Source: Fidelibacterota bacterium (GTDB lineage Bacteria; Fidelibacterota; Marinisomatia; Marinisomatales; Marinisomataceae). From it: a DNA stretch of 64,000 nt. The position numbers and the translations under genes are program-made. Below, piece by piece: positions 29,190 to 40,594 of the stretch; the stretch's first letter is position 1, and each line of letters starts with the position of its first letter. Below the pieces are notes generated by a model that saw only the letters and a program-made list of their open reading frames with translations, had not been told where the DNA came from and did no database searches. Where the stretch lies: the NCBI GenBank assembly GCA_965212055.1, contig OZ243041.1, forward strand, positions 576,001 to 640,000, read 5' to 3'.

Positions 29190-30473
29190 CTAATAAATTG
29201 GAAATGATTTACATAGTTCCTTTACTTCTTTTCTAACAGAATTAATGATATTTTCATCTTCACTATTCATGATCACCTTGTCAATTAAGTTAGCAATAAT
29301 TTTTACTTCTTCCACGCCCATTCCTCTTGTTGTTAAAGCAGGAGATCCAATTCTGACTCCGCTAGTAATAAATGGACTTTTCGGATCGAAGGGTACCATA
29401 TTCTTGTTTAAAGTAATGCCAGCCAAATCTAATGCGTGTTCTGCTTGTTTTCCGGTAATATTCTTGTTCTGAAGATCTAAGAGTATAAGATGTGTATCGG
29501 TACCACCAGAAATAATATTATACCCTCTCGATTTAAATTCTTCAGCAAAACATTGTGCATTATCTAAAACAGATTGGATATATGTTTTAAAACTAGGTTT
29601 TAACGCTTCTTTAAATGCAACAGCTTTTCCTGCAATAACATGCATCAACGGTCCTCCTTGTATGCCTGGCATTACTGCAGCATCTAACAATTCGGACATC
29701 ATCTTCGTTCTTCCTGTTTTTGGAGCAACTATTCCATATGGATTTTCAAAATCTTTTCCCATTAATATAATCCCACCTCTAGGCCCTCTTAATGTCTTAT
29801 GGGTACTAGTTGAAACTACGTGACAATGTGGAAACGGAGAAGGATGTAGTTCTGTCGCAATCAATCCTGCATTGTGACAAATATCTCCATGCAAAAACGC
29901 TCCTACTTCATCAGCTATTTCTCTAAATCTTTCAAATTCAACTTGTCTTGGATAGGCGCTAGCACCACAGATGATTAATTTTGGTTTATGTTCTTTTGCT
30001 TTTTTTAATAAATCGTCAAAATCAATTAATCCGTCATCTTTTTTTACATGAAATGTTACTGCATTATATAATTTTCCAGAAAAGCTAACCTTACTCCCAT
30101 GGGTTAAATGTCCTCCATGGCTAAGATCAAGACCCATAATACAATCTCCAGGATTTAACATTGCCAAATAAACACCCATGTTAGAAGAAGAACCAGAATG
30201 AGGCTGTACATTTGCATAGTCTGCTTTAAATAATTGCTTTGCACGATCAATAGCTAGATTTTCTGCCTCATCAACGTGGATACATCCACCATAATATCTC
30301 TTGCCAGGATACCCTTCAGCGTACTTGTTTGTTAAAGCCGAACCGACAGCTTCTAAGACAGCTCTGCTCGTAAAATTTTCGGAAGCAATGAGTTCTAGGA
30401 AATCATTTTGTCGCTGAACTTCGGAATTAATTATTCCAAAAATATCAGGATCTTGATTTTTCAGATTTGACAC
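29190..30473 (-). CDS. glyA: Serine hydroxymethyltransferase
   Basis: [33 protein letters not shown]. Confidence 0.98.
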   Translation of the reverse strand: MSNLKNQDPDIFGIINSEVQRQNDFLELIASENFTSRAVLEAVGSALTNKYAEGYPGKRYYGGCIHVDEAENLAIDRAKQLFKADYANVQPHSGSSSNMGVYLAMLNPGDCIMGLDLSHGGHLTHGSKVSFSGKLYNAVTFHVKKDDGLIDFDDLLKKAKEHKPKLIICGASAYPRQVEFERFREIADEVGAFLHGDICHNAGLIATELHPSPFPHCHVVSTSTHKTLRGPRGGIILMGKDFENPYGIVAPKTGRTKMMSELLDAAVMPGIQGGPLMHVIAGKAVAFKEALKPSFKTYIQSVLDNAQCFAEEFKSRGYNIISGGTDTHLILLDLQNKNITGKQAEHALDLAGITLNKNMVPFDPKSPFITSGVRIGSPALTTRGMGVEEVKIIANLIDKVIMNSEDENIINSVRKEVKELCKSFPIY

Positions 30474-30477
30474 TTAT

Positions 30478-31821
30478 TTACCAATCGCTTTGTTTAGGCA
30501 AAGATTCACTTGCCCAATCATAACATTTGCCAGCAGCTTTAACTTGCCCCGTAGCTTGCACATCAGGATCCGTCATAAACCAATCAGTATATCCAAATAA
30601 TACCTCATCATTATCTTCAAGCCAGTTTTTTTGTTTGAAATATTTTGAATTTCCTTTTTTCTCTGCTTTTAGAAAATAGCTATATGCCAGGGAAGCGATT
30701 ATCTTATCGGAACGTGAAAAGTTATCGGTTCTACAGGATTGCATTGCTTTATAATATAAATTTCCCATGTGGGATAAAGTTTCTGCATTATTTTTTGAAA
30801 TTTTTAGCGCTTTATTTGCCCAATCATATGCTGCATCAAATTCTTCCATTTGTATATTATTTTCTGATACTAATATCGCAACTCGGTAATTATTACGATC
30901 CAATTTAAATAACTCTTCAAAAATATCAGCAGCATCTTCAAAATCAGAATTTTCACTATAAGCTTTTCCAAGCTTCATATAAATCATACTGTTGTTTCTA
31001 TTATAGTCTAGCGTATTTTCTAGAACATCAATCGCTTCATCCAAATCACCATTATCAACCAATTTCTCTGCATACTCAGTTGCATAAGAAACATTATCTG
31101 TATTGCTTTCATATCTATCTTTGAAAACTTCTAAAGGATCTTCTCCAGCTTCTTCATATGCTCTAGCCAAATCAGATTGTACACCAGAATTGTTTGGATC
31201 AAAAACCAAGATTTTCTTTAAGACTGATATTTGTTCATCGGTTCTTCCCTGTTCTCCATATGCTGATGCTAAATCTCGCAACGAAGTTGTGTCGTCAATT
31301 CCCATATCCATCAAACGTTCGTATTCAATAATCATTTCATCAATTTTATCTTGTTTTTTATATGCGTACGCAAGTCTTTTTATTAACTCAGTATTTTCTG
31401 GAAGCTCTTCCAACCCTTGAACAAGTGCTGCTTCTGCTTTGTCGTATTGACCCAGATATTCTAATGTAACAGCCCAATATAAGTATACGTCATTCGGATT
31501 AACCCAATCTGAATCCCATTCATCGCATCGCAAATTAATCAATTCAGAATATGCATTCGCACTTAGTTCCCAACTACTAGTACTATAATATTGTTGCGCA
31601 CTGCTTGCAAGCTGTGGACATCTATCTTCTCTTTCATCTTCAATAGAATAGGGCCAATAGTCTTCATTATAAATTAGTCGAGTAGCTTCTCTACAATCTA
31701 CTTCTTTTGTTTCAATTCCATTTGAAATTCTTAGTGTTTCCCCTCTCCTACATTGCGCATCAAGTGTACTACAGAAAAAGAGTATGATAATTAACATATT
31801 AGATAAATATCGCTTATTCAT
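30478..31821 (-). CDS. Exported TPR-repeat protein
   Basis: Signal peptide; multiple TPR helices. Confidence 0.8.
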   Translation of the reverse strand: MNKRYLSNMLIIILFFCSTLDAQCRRGETLRISNGIETKEVDCREATRLIYNEDYWPYSIEDEREDRCPQLASSAQQYYSTSSWELSANAYSELINLRCDEWDSDWVNPNDVYLYWAVTLEYLGQYDKAEAALVQGLEELPENTELIKRLAYAYKKQDKIDEMIIEYERLMDMGIDDTTSLRDLASAYGEQGRTDEQISVLKKILVFDPNNSGVQSDLARAYEEAGEDPLEVFKDRYESNTDNVSYATEYAEKLVDNGDLDEAIDVLENTLDYNRNNSMIYMKLGKAYSENSDFEDAADIFEELFKLDRNNYRVAILVSENNIQMEEFDAAYDWANKALKISKNNAETLSHMGNLYYKAMQSCRTDNFSRSDKIIASLAYSYFLKAEKKGNSKYFKQKNWLEDNDEVLFGYTDWFMTDPDVQATGQVKAAGKCYDWASESLPKQSDW

Positions 31822-31841
31822 GAAAATCAGTCTCCTATCTA

Positions 31842-33122
31842 TTAAATTTCTCTTCTTTTAATAAACCACAAATCTCCAATGCTCAGACCTACACTAAAAA
31901 CTTGCATATTCTCAACACCAGCTTGATAAATACCACTTCTTTGTACAAAATTATATCCAATATCCAGTTGGCTATTAGTTAACCCAAATTTAACACCAAA
32001 ACCTAGAGCTAAACCAACTTCATTAACAGAATCTAAACTTTCTGTAGTCATTGGGTTCACGATATTATAATTACCAAAAAATATACCACCTCTAAGATGC
32101 ATTCTATCAAATGTATTATCTGTGAACAACGGTTTGGAAAATTTATTTAAAGAAACATTGACTCTATTTTTTTCTTTAATATGCCCAGGATAAATCGAAC
32201 TTAATAAATTGTTATTTCCTTTATTTTCCCACATATCAAGTTCGAGCTGTAAATGATAGAGTTCATAAATCTCATAATCTAATCCAATCTTAATATTGTT
32301 AATTTTGATTTCGTCCTCAAAAGTAACCTTTGTTGGCAATAATGCTTCAGTAGCACTAGGATAGTCACTGCCATCATGATAATTGTTAGAATTAATATCG
32401 ATAAATGCTTGGTATGATTCATTCTCTACATTAACAGGATTAAGAGAAAGATTATAATTCAAAGCAAGAACCAAGGGTTTATCTCTAAAGGAAAATCTTT
32501 TAGTAGTATAATATAATTCAAGCAATGAACCTGAAAAATAATCTCTAGATTGCAGAAGATGATTTGTATCATCGATAATCAGATTTCGTATACTTCGAGA
32601 TGATCCAAAAATTACATCTATAGCAACCCCAATATCGTCTTGATCATTTAGATTATAACCTAAAGCAAATTGCATCATTGATGAACCGCCGCTAGTTTCA
32701 TCTGATCGAGAGTAACTTAGTGTATCACTTTCGTTAAATATAAATTCCTGGTAAGTGCTATCAACAACAGTTAATTGCCTTGACAAAAATGGAGAAAAAC
32801 TTATTCCAATAGATAATTTTTGTTTTGCGGGTATAATAAGTTTTGCACCAGATAAATTCGAATTATTGACGGATTGATTACCAAATGAATTATGTTGACC
32901 TTCAAAAGAAAGCGACAAAAATGTAAACGGCATGTTATGCCAAGTTGAAGGATTAGATAAAGATACATTATTCTGAAAACTTGGGACTAGACCAACTGAC
33001 CCTGAACCTAAAGATGCCGATTCATTATTCTGTGAGAACATACCATAACCATATCCATTCATTGTAGACTGCCCCAATAGACCACTTATCAATAGAATAT
33101 ATACAAATCTATGGCTTAACAT
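31842..33122 (-). CDS. Outer membrane beta-barrel (FadL-like)
   Basis: Signal, YGYG..NPS.W hatch-like N-terminus, alternating beta strands, C-terminal SIGDLWF. Confidence 0.65.
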   Translation of the reverse strand: MLSHRFVYILLISGLLGQSTMNGYGYGMFSQNNESASLGSGSVGLVPSFQNNVSLSNPSTWHNMPFTFLSLSFEGQHNSFGNQSVNNSNLSGAKLIIPAKQKLSIGISFSPFLSRQLTVVDSTYQEFIFNESDTLSYSRSDETSGGSSMMQFALGYNLNDQDDIGVAIDVIFGSSRSIRNLIIDDTNHLLQSRDYFSGSLLELYYTTKRFSFRDKPLVLALNYNLSLNPVNVENESYQAFIDINSNNYHDGSDYPSATEALLPTKVTFEDEIKINNIKIGLDYEIYELYHLQLELDMWENKGNNNLLSSIYPGHIKEKNRVNVSLNKFSKPLFTDNTFDRMHLRGGIFFGNYNIVNPMTTESLDSVNEVGLALGFGVKFGLTNSQLDIGYNFVQRSGIYQAGVENMQVFSVGLSIGDLWFIKRREI

Positions 33123-34368
33123 ATAATACCTCAACATTTTGAGTACTCAGTCTTACTTTATCGAATGGACTATTTGATGGAGCACTCCAAATTTGTAAAC
33201 CATGATTTTCAATTAAATTATTTTTATATAACTGAATAAAATTCTGAATAGGAAGCTCCACTTTACCGTCTTCAATTTTCCTTGAAACTAAAAAATTTAT
33301 ATCAAGAGAATAATCTTCGTTTTCATATGCACCTGAAAGAGTATCAAATGTCGTAAAACTCCAGTTTGATACAGTATCCGATAACGCTGCAATCACAACA
33401 AAAAAATCGTCTCCTTCATCCACGTTGGACGATTCAACGTCTAGCACTAATCTTGCATCTTTTATAATTGAATTTCTTGTAAGATCATCAATAACATTTA
33501 AGTCATATTGAAGTATTGAGCGATTTCCTGAACCGGAATTTATTGAGACATAATCATGGTCTTCAAGCGTAATTTCAGGCGGTTGGACAACACTAACATC
33601 TCGTGATGCATAAAATGTAATAAAAGTATCAACCAATGTAGTATCGTTTACTGTTGCTTTGTACCACACTCTTAATTTTGGACTAGATGAGCCCCCTGAC
33701 TCTTCACTTTTAATAGTAAATAATTGATCTAAATCATCGCTTGCTTTTAACATCATTGTTCTTGCAGGATATTGTTCTGTATCAAAGAATTCTTTGATTA
33801 GATCAATGTTATCATCCTTAAATAAAAAACTAATAGTATCATGTGTGGCAGCGCTGTCAGGCATAATCGACTCCAAAGAAACTTCATGGATTAATTTAGC
33901 AACACTCTCAAAATCTATATAATCTGCCAAACTATAAAAATTGGTTGAGTCTTCAGAAAAGATACTATCTTGATCTGCCAATACTGAATATAAAGACAAA
34001 GTTGACGCAGAGGACAATGAATCAGTAGTTTGAACAAAAACCATTGCACTATCTACTTGAATTGAATCTGCTAACAAATCGTTGAGTTGGGTTGGTGGAA
34101 GATAACCAGCGAATAAAGTGAACTCTACCAAAGAGAATAAATTTTCTGAATCTTTTAAATCTCCAAAAAATAAGGTTTGACTTGTCCCTAACCCACTAGG
34201 ATAAGCCTGAAAAACTTTACTTTTATCCAAAGGAAGAGTTAGAGTGTTAATTGTATATTCTGGATTATCTATATCATCATACAAAATGGTCTCTTCTGAA
34301 CAAGACACAGCAATAAAAAGTAAACTAATAACTATAAGAGGAATTCTGTTAGAAAAACGAAATTTCAT
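33109..34368 (-). CDS. Lipoprotein, DUF4270-like
   Basis: Lipobox AVSC; acidic beta-rich; PKLRVWY; follows a GT5 N-terminal-only gene as in Bacteroidota. Confidence 0.55.
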   Translation of the reverse strand: MKFRFSNRIPLIVISLLFIAVSCSEETILYDDIDNPEYTINTLTLPLDKSKVFQAYPSGLGTSQTLFFGDLKDSENLFSLVEFTLFAGYLPPTQLNDLLADSIQVDSAMVFVQTTDSLSSASTLSLYSVLADQDSIFSEDSTNFYSLADYIDFESVAKLIHEVSLESIMPDSAATHDTISFLFKDDNIDLIKEFFDTEQYPARTMMLKASDDLDQLFTIKSEESGGSSSPKLRVWYKATVNDTTLVDTFITFYASRDVSVVQPPEITLEDHDYVSINSGSGNRSILQYDLNVIDDLTRNSIIKDARLVLDVESSNVDEGDDFFVVIAALSDTVSNWSFTTFDTLSGAYENEDYSLDINFLVSRKIEDGKVELPIQNFIQLYKNNLIENHGLQIWSAPSNSPFDKVRLSTQNVEVLYVKP

Positions 34369-34369
34369 A

Positions 34370-35185
34370 TTATAGAACCTTAACTGTACGATCAATTTCA
34401 TCTAATAAAGGTGAATAATCTATTTCATCGCCACCACTTAAGTTAACTATAGAACATTTTTTTGAATCTTTGAATATTTTTAATTTCATTAGCCTAGATG
34501 ATATATTACTTTTTTCACCATTAACAATAATAGTTTTATCTGCAAACATGCATCCTATCTGATTTAAGTTTAACGACTTAATTGAAGAAATAGTTTCATC
34601 CTGTAATCCTATATTTTTAGGATCAAAAATAACATCTTCATTAAGAGAATCGGTTAAATAAATAGATTTAATCTTTGAAAGCTCTTTATTCTCTTTTGAT
34701 AAAATCTTTAGTAACAATGGTATTAATGCTGCTGTCCAACCATTGCAAATAATAATATTTGGATACCAAAACAAATTTGGCAACATTTTGATTGATGCGA
34801 GGCAATAAAAAGCAAATCGTTTGTCATTATCAGTTAAAAATCGACCATTTTTTGATTTATATAAAAGATTATTTAACTCTCCAAAAAATCCTTTTTCCTC
34901 TAAGAAATATACCTGCAATCTAGATTTTGGCAGGAATGCGCTTTTAGCAGAACATATGAGTTCAGAATCATCAAAATTAAGAAAAATTTCTTTTAAGCGA
35001 ATTACTTCTCTTAAGATATATTTCCTCTCACTAATAAAGCCGTATTTTGGCATCAAACATCTTACATCGTTTCCTTTTGACTGAAGATTTAAAGGAACAT
35101 CAGAAGAATAATCAGATAAAGATGACGTCGAAGCAAAAGGCTCCATTTCGCTAGTAATATAAAAGATTTTTTTTGCCATCACCAA
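34370..35185 (-). CDS. Glycogen/starch synthase N-terminal-domain-only protein (GT5-like)
   Basis: YITSEMEPF, DVRCLMPKYG.I.ER..LREVIRL, DNDKRF, W.P.II.CNGW. Confidence 0.8.
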   Translation of the reverse strand: MVMAKKIFYITSEMEPFASTSSLSDYSSDVPLNLQSKGNDVRCLMPKYGFISERKYILREVIRLKEIFLNFDDSELICSAKSAFLPKSRLQVYFLEEKGFFGELNNLLYKSKNGRFLTDNDKRFAFYCLASIKMLPNLFWYPNIIICNGWTAALIPLLLKILSKENKELSKIKSIYLTDSLNEDVIFDPKNIGLQDETISSIKSLNLNQIGCMFADKTIIVNGEKSNISSRLMKLKIFKDSKKCSIVNLSGGDEIDYSPLLDEIDRTVKVL

Positions 35186-35236
35186 GAAGCAAGAAAATTA
35201 AGTAAATAGGATGAGAACTTCAACCGACAATTATTA

Positions 35237-36454
35237 TTAATTTTCTGATAAATTAATTACTAGACTTAACATTATAAAACATGACAATAAGAAAGATCCT
35301 CCTGCTGAAATAAAAGGCAATGGTAATCCTTTCACTGGCAATAAACCTACAGTCATCGCAGAATTGATAAATATATGAGATAAAAGAATTGAAGCTATAC
35401 CTACTATAACAAGACTAGAAAAATAATCAGACAATTGAAATGCAATATCAAGCAGGGTTTTAATAAATAAAAAGAAGATAATCATGACAAGAAAAATTCC
35501 TACAAATCCAAATTCCTCAGCTATCACTGATAAAATAAAATCTGATTCTTGTACAGGCAGAAACTTAAGTTGGGTTTGAGATCCATGACCAAATCCTTTT
35601 CCAAAAAAACCCCCAGAACCAATTGCGGTTACACTTTGTATAATATGATAAGCAGATCCCATTGGATCAAGATCTGGATTTAAGAAGGTTAGAATCCTTT
35701 CCTTCTGATACTCTGCTAAATTATTCCAAAAAAATGGAGCCAATAAACCCGTAAAAATATTGGCAAAATAGAGTACTGAACCTGATATAAGATTTGGACG
35801 AAACATTAGAAAACATAGAAACATTATGACAGCCCATACGCTGAAAAAAATAGTATTTGATGCTGCAAGTATAGTAATTATTGGAGCAATAATTAAAAAT
35901 ATAATAAAACCATTAACTCCAGCCCAAAGCAGCATTGGGATTAGAGGAGCACATACAATAACTGCTGTCCCTAAATCTGGCTGATTTAATACTATTCCAG
36001 CACAAAAAAGAGTTAAAATGGCAGGAACGATAACAATTGACTTAGATTTTACTTTAAGTTGGTGATTAGACAAATATTTTGCTATGACAATAACTAATGC
36101 AAACTTTAAGTATTCTGATGGTTGAAGAGTCATAAAACCAAGATCAATCCATCGATATGTATATTCAACTTGTGGTAGAAAAAATGGAATAAAACATAAT
36201 ATTGCTATTCCTACAAAAATGGTTGTTGAATTATCATGAACAGTCTTTAGAGGAATAGCTCTCATTGCTATGTAAGCAAAAAATGACAATAATATAAATA
36301 TACACTGCCTAAAAAATGAACTTCCTATTGATAAAGGATTATCAGAAATACTATAAAGAGCAACAAGGCCAATTATAAGCAATACACCTGTTAATACAAT
36401 TACTCGATTTCTTAAATCTTTTGGACTAAAAAGTGTAAGATTATTGGATGACAT
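35237..36454 (-). CDS. rodA: Rod shape-determining protein RodA
   Basis: RWI.LG..TLQPSE, QPDLGT, AIGSGG..GKG, SDFI, LPFISAGGS. Confidence 0.95.
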   Translation of the reverse strand: MSSNNLTLFSPKDLRNRVIVLTGVLLIIGLVALYSISDNPLSIGSSFFRQCIFILLSFFAYIAMRAIPLKTVHDNSTTIFVGIAILCFIPFFLPQVEYTYRWIDLGFMTLQPSEYLKFALVIVIAKYLSNHQLKVKSKSIVIVPAILTLFCAGIVLNQPDLGTAVIVCAPLIPMLLWAGVNGFIIFLIIAPIITILAASNTIFFSVWAVIMFLCFLMFRPNLISGSVLYFANIFTGLLAPFFWNNLAEYQKERILTFLNPDLDPMGSAYHIIQSVTAIGSGGFFGKGFGHGSQTQLKFLPVQESDFILSVIAEEFGFVGIFLVMIIFFLFIKTLLDIAFQLSDYFSSLVIVGIASILLSHIFINSAMTVGLLPVKGLPLPFISAGGSFLLSCFIMLSLVINLSEN

Positions 36455-36456
36455 AA

Positions 36457-38226
36457 TTATTTATCCGCTAAATATTCTTGTGAATTATTAATAAAATATG
36501 AAGCTATATCACCAGCCAAGGGAGCTGCTACTGAACCTCCGCTACCTCCATTCTCGATAATAATTACAATTGAATATCTATTATCGTTTAACTCAAAAAA
36601 TCCTATAAACGAAGCATGTGCCTCTCCGTGAGGGTTTTCTGCAGTACCAGTTTTTCCAAAAAATTGCAAATCTTTACTAGAAGACATTGCTCTCCAACCG
36701 GTTCCTCCTGTTGCATTAATTACATCAAATAACGAACTCCATATATAGTCCCATGTTTTATCTGAATACTCAATTGGAGCATAGTAACTAACATCTTTAT
36801 TAAGATTCATCTTTAATTTTGCAGTCTCCCCTTTTGATGCAATATGGTTAATAAAACGCAATCCTTGGATTGGAGTTACCAATATATCCCCTTGGCCTAA
36901 TGTAAGATTTAATAATACTCCTCTCTCAGACCAGCCCCATCTACCATATTGTTTAGTAAAAAATTCTCGATCTGGTATCAATCCAATTTTTTCATTTGGT
37001 AAATCAATCTCTGTCAAACTATTAAACCCAAAATTTCTAGCAGTTTCAACCCAACTCTCTAGAGACAACAACTGTACTTTCTCATAAAAATAAATATTAC
37101 ATGATTGTATGATAGCTTCATTTAAATCTACATAACCATGTCCATTTTCATTCCAACAACGAAACTCATTTCCCCCATACTCTATTGCTCCTACACATAA
37201 TGTAGAATCAGAAAGAGCAATAGTATTGTCTTCTAAAAGATTAATCGTTGTGATTAATTTTAACATTGAACCAGCGGGATATAACCCTGAAATAGATCTA
37301 TTGAGTAGAGGTTTATCAACATCTGAGAGTAGTTTGTCCCAATCTTCTTCAGATGTTGTTCCTCTGTATACACCTAAATCATAAGAAGGGCTACTAACCA
37401 TGCTGAGAATTTCACCACTATTAACATCGGAGATAATAACTGATCCTTTTTTTTCTCCCAATAAACCCTTAACAAATTTTTGTAGATTTGAATCAATTGA
37501 TAAAACAAGATTCTCTCCAGGAAAAGCAGGAATTTTGTTTTCTTCTAATTCAAATATTTCTCGACCATATGTATCAACCTCTATATAATCAATTCCTTTA
37601 GAAAATCTTAATTGCTTCTCATAATGTTTCTCTACTCCTTGCCACCCAATTAATTCTCCTGCTCTATACAGAAGGCTTTTATCAAGGTATGGAATAGTGT
37701 CTCGATCTACTTCTCTTAAATAACCTAAAAAATGTGCTTCATTAAACGGCGAAGGATAAATCCTTTCATCAAATCGTTCATATTCCAATCCAGGAAAATC
37801 TAGTCTTCTTTCTTCTATTTCAGAAATTTGTTCAAATGAGAGGTTTTTCCCGATGATAGCAGGAAGAAATTTACTTCTATAATACTTTTTATACCTTCTG
37901 TTTAATTCGTCTAAATTTGTATTCAAAATTGGAGCTAATTCTTTAAATATAGCTTCTTTATCCTCTAGCTTATATGGTTTTACTGTTAAAATATATGTTG
38001 GGTAATTATCTACAAGAATTTCACCAGAACGATCTAAAATCAGACCTCTCGGAGCATAGGTTGTAACTGCTTTTACGCGATTAATTTGTGATTTGGAAAA
38101 ATGCCTTTCATACTCAATTACTTGTAGATAATAGTATCTCCCTATTAAGGCAAGCAATGAAAAACACAAGATAAAAAGCAAAGTTCTGTAATGAAATAGA
38201 TCCGCTTTATTATCAACCTTAAGCAC
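36457..38226 (-). CDS. mrdA: Penicillin-binding protein 2
   Basis: APRG.ILDR, SMLK (SxxK), SCN, KTG. Confidence 0.95.
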   Translation of the reverse strand: MLKVDNKADLFHYRTLLFILCFSLLALIGRYYYLQVIEYERHFSKSQINRVKAVTTYAPRGLILDRSGEILVDNYPTYILTVKPYKLEDKEAIFKELAPILNTNLDELNRRYKKYYRSKFLPAIIGKNLSFEQISEIEERRLDFPGLEYERFDERIYPSPFNEAHFLGYLREVDRDTIPYLDKSLLYRAGELIGWQGVEKHYEKQLRFSKGIDYIEVDTYGREIFELEENKIPAFPGENLVLSIDSNLQKFVKGLLGEKKGSVIISDVNSGEILSMVSSPSYDLGVYRGTTSEEDWDKLLSDVDKPLLNRSISGLYPAGSMLKLITTINLLEDNTIALSDSTLCVGAIEYGGNEFRCWNENGHGYVDLNEAIIQSCNIYFYEKVQLLSLESWVETARNFGFNSLTEIDLPNEKIGLIPDREFFTKQYGRWGWSERGVLLNLTLGQGDILVTPIQGLRFINHIASKGETAKLKMNLNKDVSYYAPIEYSDKTWDYIWSSLFDVINATGGTGWRAMSSSKDLQFFGKTGTAENPHGEAHASFIGFFELNDNRYSIVIIIENGGSGGSVAAPLAGDIASYFINNSQEYLADK

Positions 38227-38695
38227 TTAATATAACCCTTTTTAGTGAGAAGAGTTTTACCAGAATAAAGGAAACAAAAACAGAATATAATGAGATTGAA
38301 ATTACACTTTTGAGAAAAAGGAAAAAGTTGCTAAATAAAAGGAAATCATATCTAAATAAACAGTAAATCACTATGCCAACCAATAAAGTAGCTATCCAGT
38401 ATAAATCAAAAGTTTGAAATACAAAATTAAAACGAATTCGAGATGCTATAAATGCACAGATTGAGAAAACCAAACTTGATAAACCTAGATATATACCAGT
38501 AAATAAAACTAAATCACAGACTAATCCAACTAAAAAGCCTATCATAACAGCTTTTGAAGTGTTAGACTGAGACATCTGAGATAAGATAACAAATAACAAC
38601 ATGATATTAGGTTGAAATCCATTAATAGTTAAAAGCTCAGAAAATATCAGCTGTAAAATAACTGCTAAACAAAAATACTGGATAAATAATCTCAT
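38219..38695 (-). CDS. mreD: Rod shape-determining protein MreD
   Basis: Hydrophobic, GFLVGLVCD; between mreC and mrdA. Confidence 0.8.
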   Translation of the reverse strand: MRLFIQYFCLAVILQLIFSELLTINGFQPNIMLLFVILSQMSQSNTSKAVMIGFLVGLVCDLVLFTGIYLGLSSLVFSICAFIASRIRFNFVFQTFDLYWIATLLVGIVIYCLFRYDFLLFSNFFLFLKSVISISLYSVFVSFILVKLFSLKRVILSA

Positions 38696-38701
38696 AACAA
38701 T

Positions 38702-39496
38702 TTATTCCCCATCCGCGTCAACAATAATAAACAACTGATTTATTGTAGACAAATCAGCATAAAGTTCTAAACGAACAATTTTATTAAAGCTATCTGATTT
38801 GTCATGAATACTTATAACCTTACCTACTGGAAGATCTGGAGGAAAATAAGAACTAAGATTTGATGTTAATACTATATCCCCAATATTAACTTTTGCAGTT
38901 TTTTTAACCTCAAATATCTCACAAACTTGATTGCTTCTCCAGCGCATTATACCTTCACTTTCAGATGGTACTATCTTAACGCTAAGCCTAAAATTACCAT
39001 CACTTACAAGCTGCACAGAAGAATGGTTATCAGATACAGCGATAATTTTTCCAATAACCCCTTTTGAAGATAGTACAGGATCATTTTTTTTCACTCCACT
39101 ATTCGACCCTTGGTTGATTAGGAAAGCATTAAGATTAGAGTTAGTTCCCTTCGATATAACGTCTGAACCGATAAAATTATAATCTCTTTTTGCTTTGAAA
39201 TCAAGAAACTCACGTAAACGTTTATTTTCCAGTTCATTTGAAGATAAAATTTGATTTTCTAAATTTAATTTCAAATTTTCTGATGCAAGAACTTCTACTC
39301 TTTTCATTAAAAAAGACTGGTTATCAATCCAATTAAATGGTTGATATAAAAAAGAAAATTTATCTGTAGTATATACTCTAAAAGACTGGATTTTTTCATT
39401 TTCACCTGAAAAAATCAAAAAAATCGATAAAAGAATACAGATTAATAAAGTGGAGACAGGTAAACTTTTTTCATTAAATAATCTAGCATTAGCCAT
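38702..39496 (-). CDS. mreC: Rod shape-determining protein MreC
   Basis: TM, coiled coil ENKRLR, GVIGKI, FPPDLPVG. Confidence 0.92.
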   Translation of the reverse strand: MANARLFNEKSLPVSTLLICILLSIFLIFSGENEKIQSFRVYTTDKFSFLYQPFNWIDNQSFLMKRVEVLASENLKLNLENQILSSNELENKRLREFLDFKAKRDYNFIGSDVISKGTNSNLNAFLINQGSNSGVKKNDPVLSSKGVIGKIIAVSDNHSSVQLVSDGNFRLSVKIVPSESEGIMRWRSNQVCEIFEVKKTAKVNIGDIVLTSNLSSYFPPDLPVGKVISIHDKSDSFNKIVRLELYADLSTINQLFIIVDADGE

Positions 39497-39510
39497 TCTT
39501 AATAGAAAAT

Positions 39511-40554
39511 TTAGATATTCCGATTTATTACATGTTGATATTTTTCAAGATTCTCAATAATCATACCACAACCTTTTACAACACTTAAGTGTGGTTCATC
39601 AGCGACATTAACAGGCACTCCTGTCTTCTCTCTTAAAACCTGATCAATACCTTTTAACAAAGATCCCCCACCAGCTAGAATAATCCCTCTTTCTACAATA
39701 TCTGCAGACAACTGAGGGGGAGTATCTTCTAATGCTTGTTTTATAACTTCTACAATTCTAGTTACTGGATCTTTTAAAGCTTGTCTAACTTCATCAGATC
39801 GAACTTCTAGAGTCTTAGGAATACCAGATACCAAATCTCTACCCTTTACTACAATATTCTTAGAACGAACTCTCATGGCAGAACCAACGGAAATCTTAAT
39901 TTCTTCCGCAGTTTGTTCTCCAATTTCAAGTTTATGTTCATTTCTAAACCAATGTATAATGGCTTCGTCCATCTCATCACCAGCAACTCTAATTGCTTTT
40001 TTTGTAACAACACCATTTAAGGATATAACTGCTACCTCAGTAGTTCCGCCACCTATATCAACAATAATATTGCCTAAAGGCTTACTGATATCAAGCCCAA
40101 TGCCTATTGCGGCTGCAACAGGTTCATCAACTAGAAATACTTCTCTTGCAGCTTGTTTTTCAGCAGCATCCTTTACAGCTTTTTTCTCAACTGCAGTAAC
40201 ATCAGAAGGTACACAGATTACTATTTTTGGTCTTCTAAGGCGATTTAAATTTACTTTTTTGATAAAACTATCGAGCATTGAATAAACAGCATCAAAATCA
40301 TCGATTACACCATCTCTTAAAGGTCGAATTGTCTCAATCCCTTGGTGTGTTTTCCCCAACATTTCTTTAGCTCGATCTCCAACAGCTAGGACTTTACCCG
40401 TCTGTGTTGATTTTGCAATAATTGAAGGTTCATTTATAATAAGTCCTCTTCCTGAAAGCCATATCAAAGTATTTGCTGTACCTAAATCAATAGCAATATC
40501 ACCGCTCACCCAATCAAAACTACCTACTATATTTTCTAAAAACTTAAATTTCAT
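39511..40554 (-). CDS. mreB: Actin-like protein MreB
   Basis: IDLGTANT, RPLRDGVI, VDIGGGTTE, AGGGSLL. Confidence 0.97.
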   Translation of the reverse strand: MKFKFLENIVGSFDWVSGDIAIDLGTANTLIWLSGRGLIINEPSIIAKSTQTGKVLAVGDRAKEMLGKTHQGIETIRPLRDGVIDDFDAVYSMLDSFIKKVNLNRLRRPKIVICVPSDVTAVEKKAVKDAAEKQAAREVFLVDEPVAAAIGIGLDISKPLGNIIVDIGGGTTEVAVISLNGVVTKKAIRVAGDEMDEAIIHWFRNEHKLEIGEQTAEEIKISVGSAMRVRSKNIVVKGRDLVSGIPKTLEVRSDEVRQALKDPVTRIVEVIKQALEDTPPQLSADIVERGIILAGGGSLLKGIDQVLREKTGVPVNVADEPHLSVVKGCGMIIENLEKYQHVINRNI

Positions 40555-40594
40555 GAATGCAATTTATAAAATATTATTCCTATTCATTATCTTT

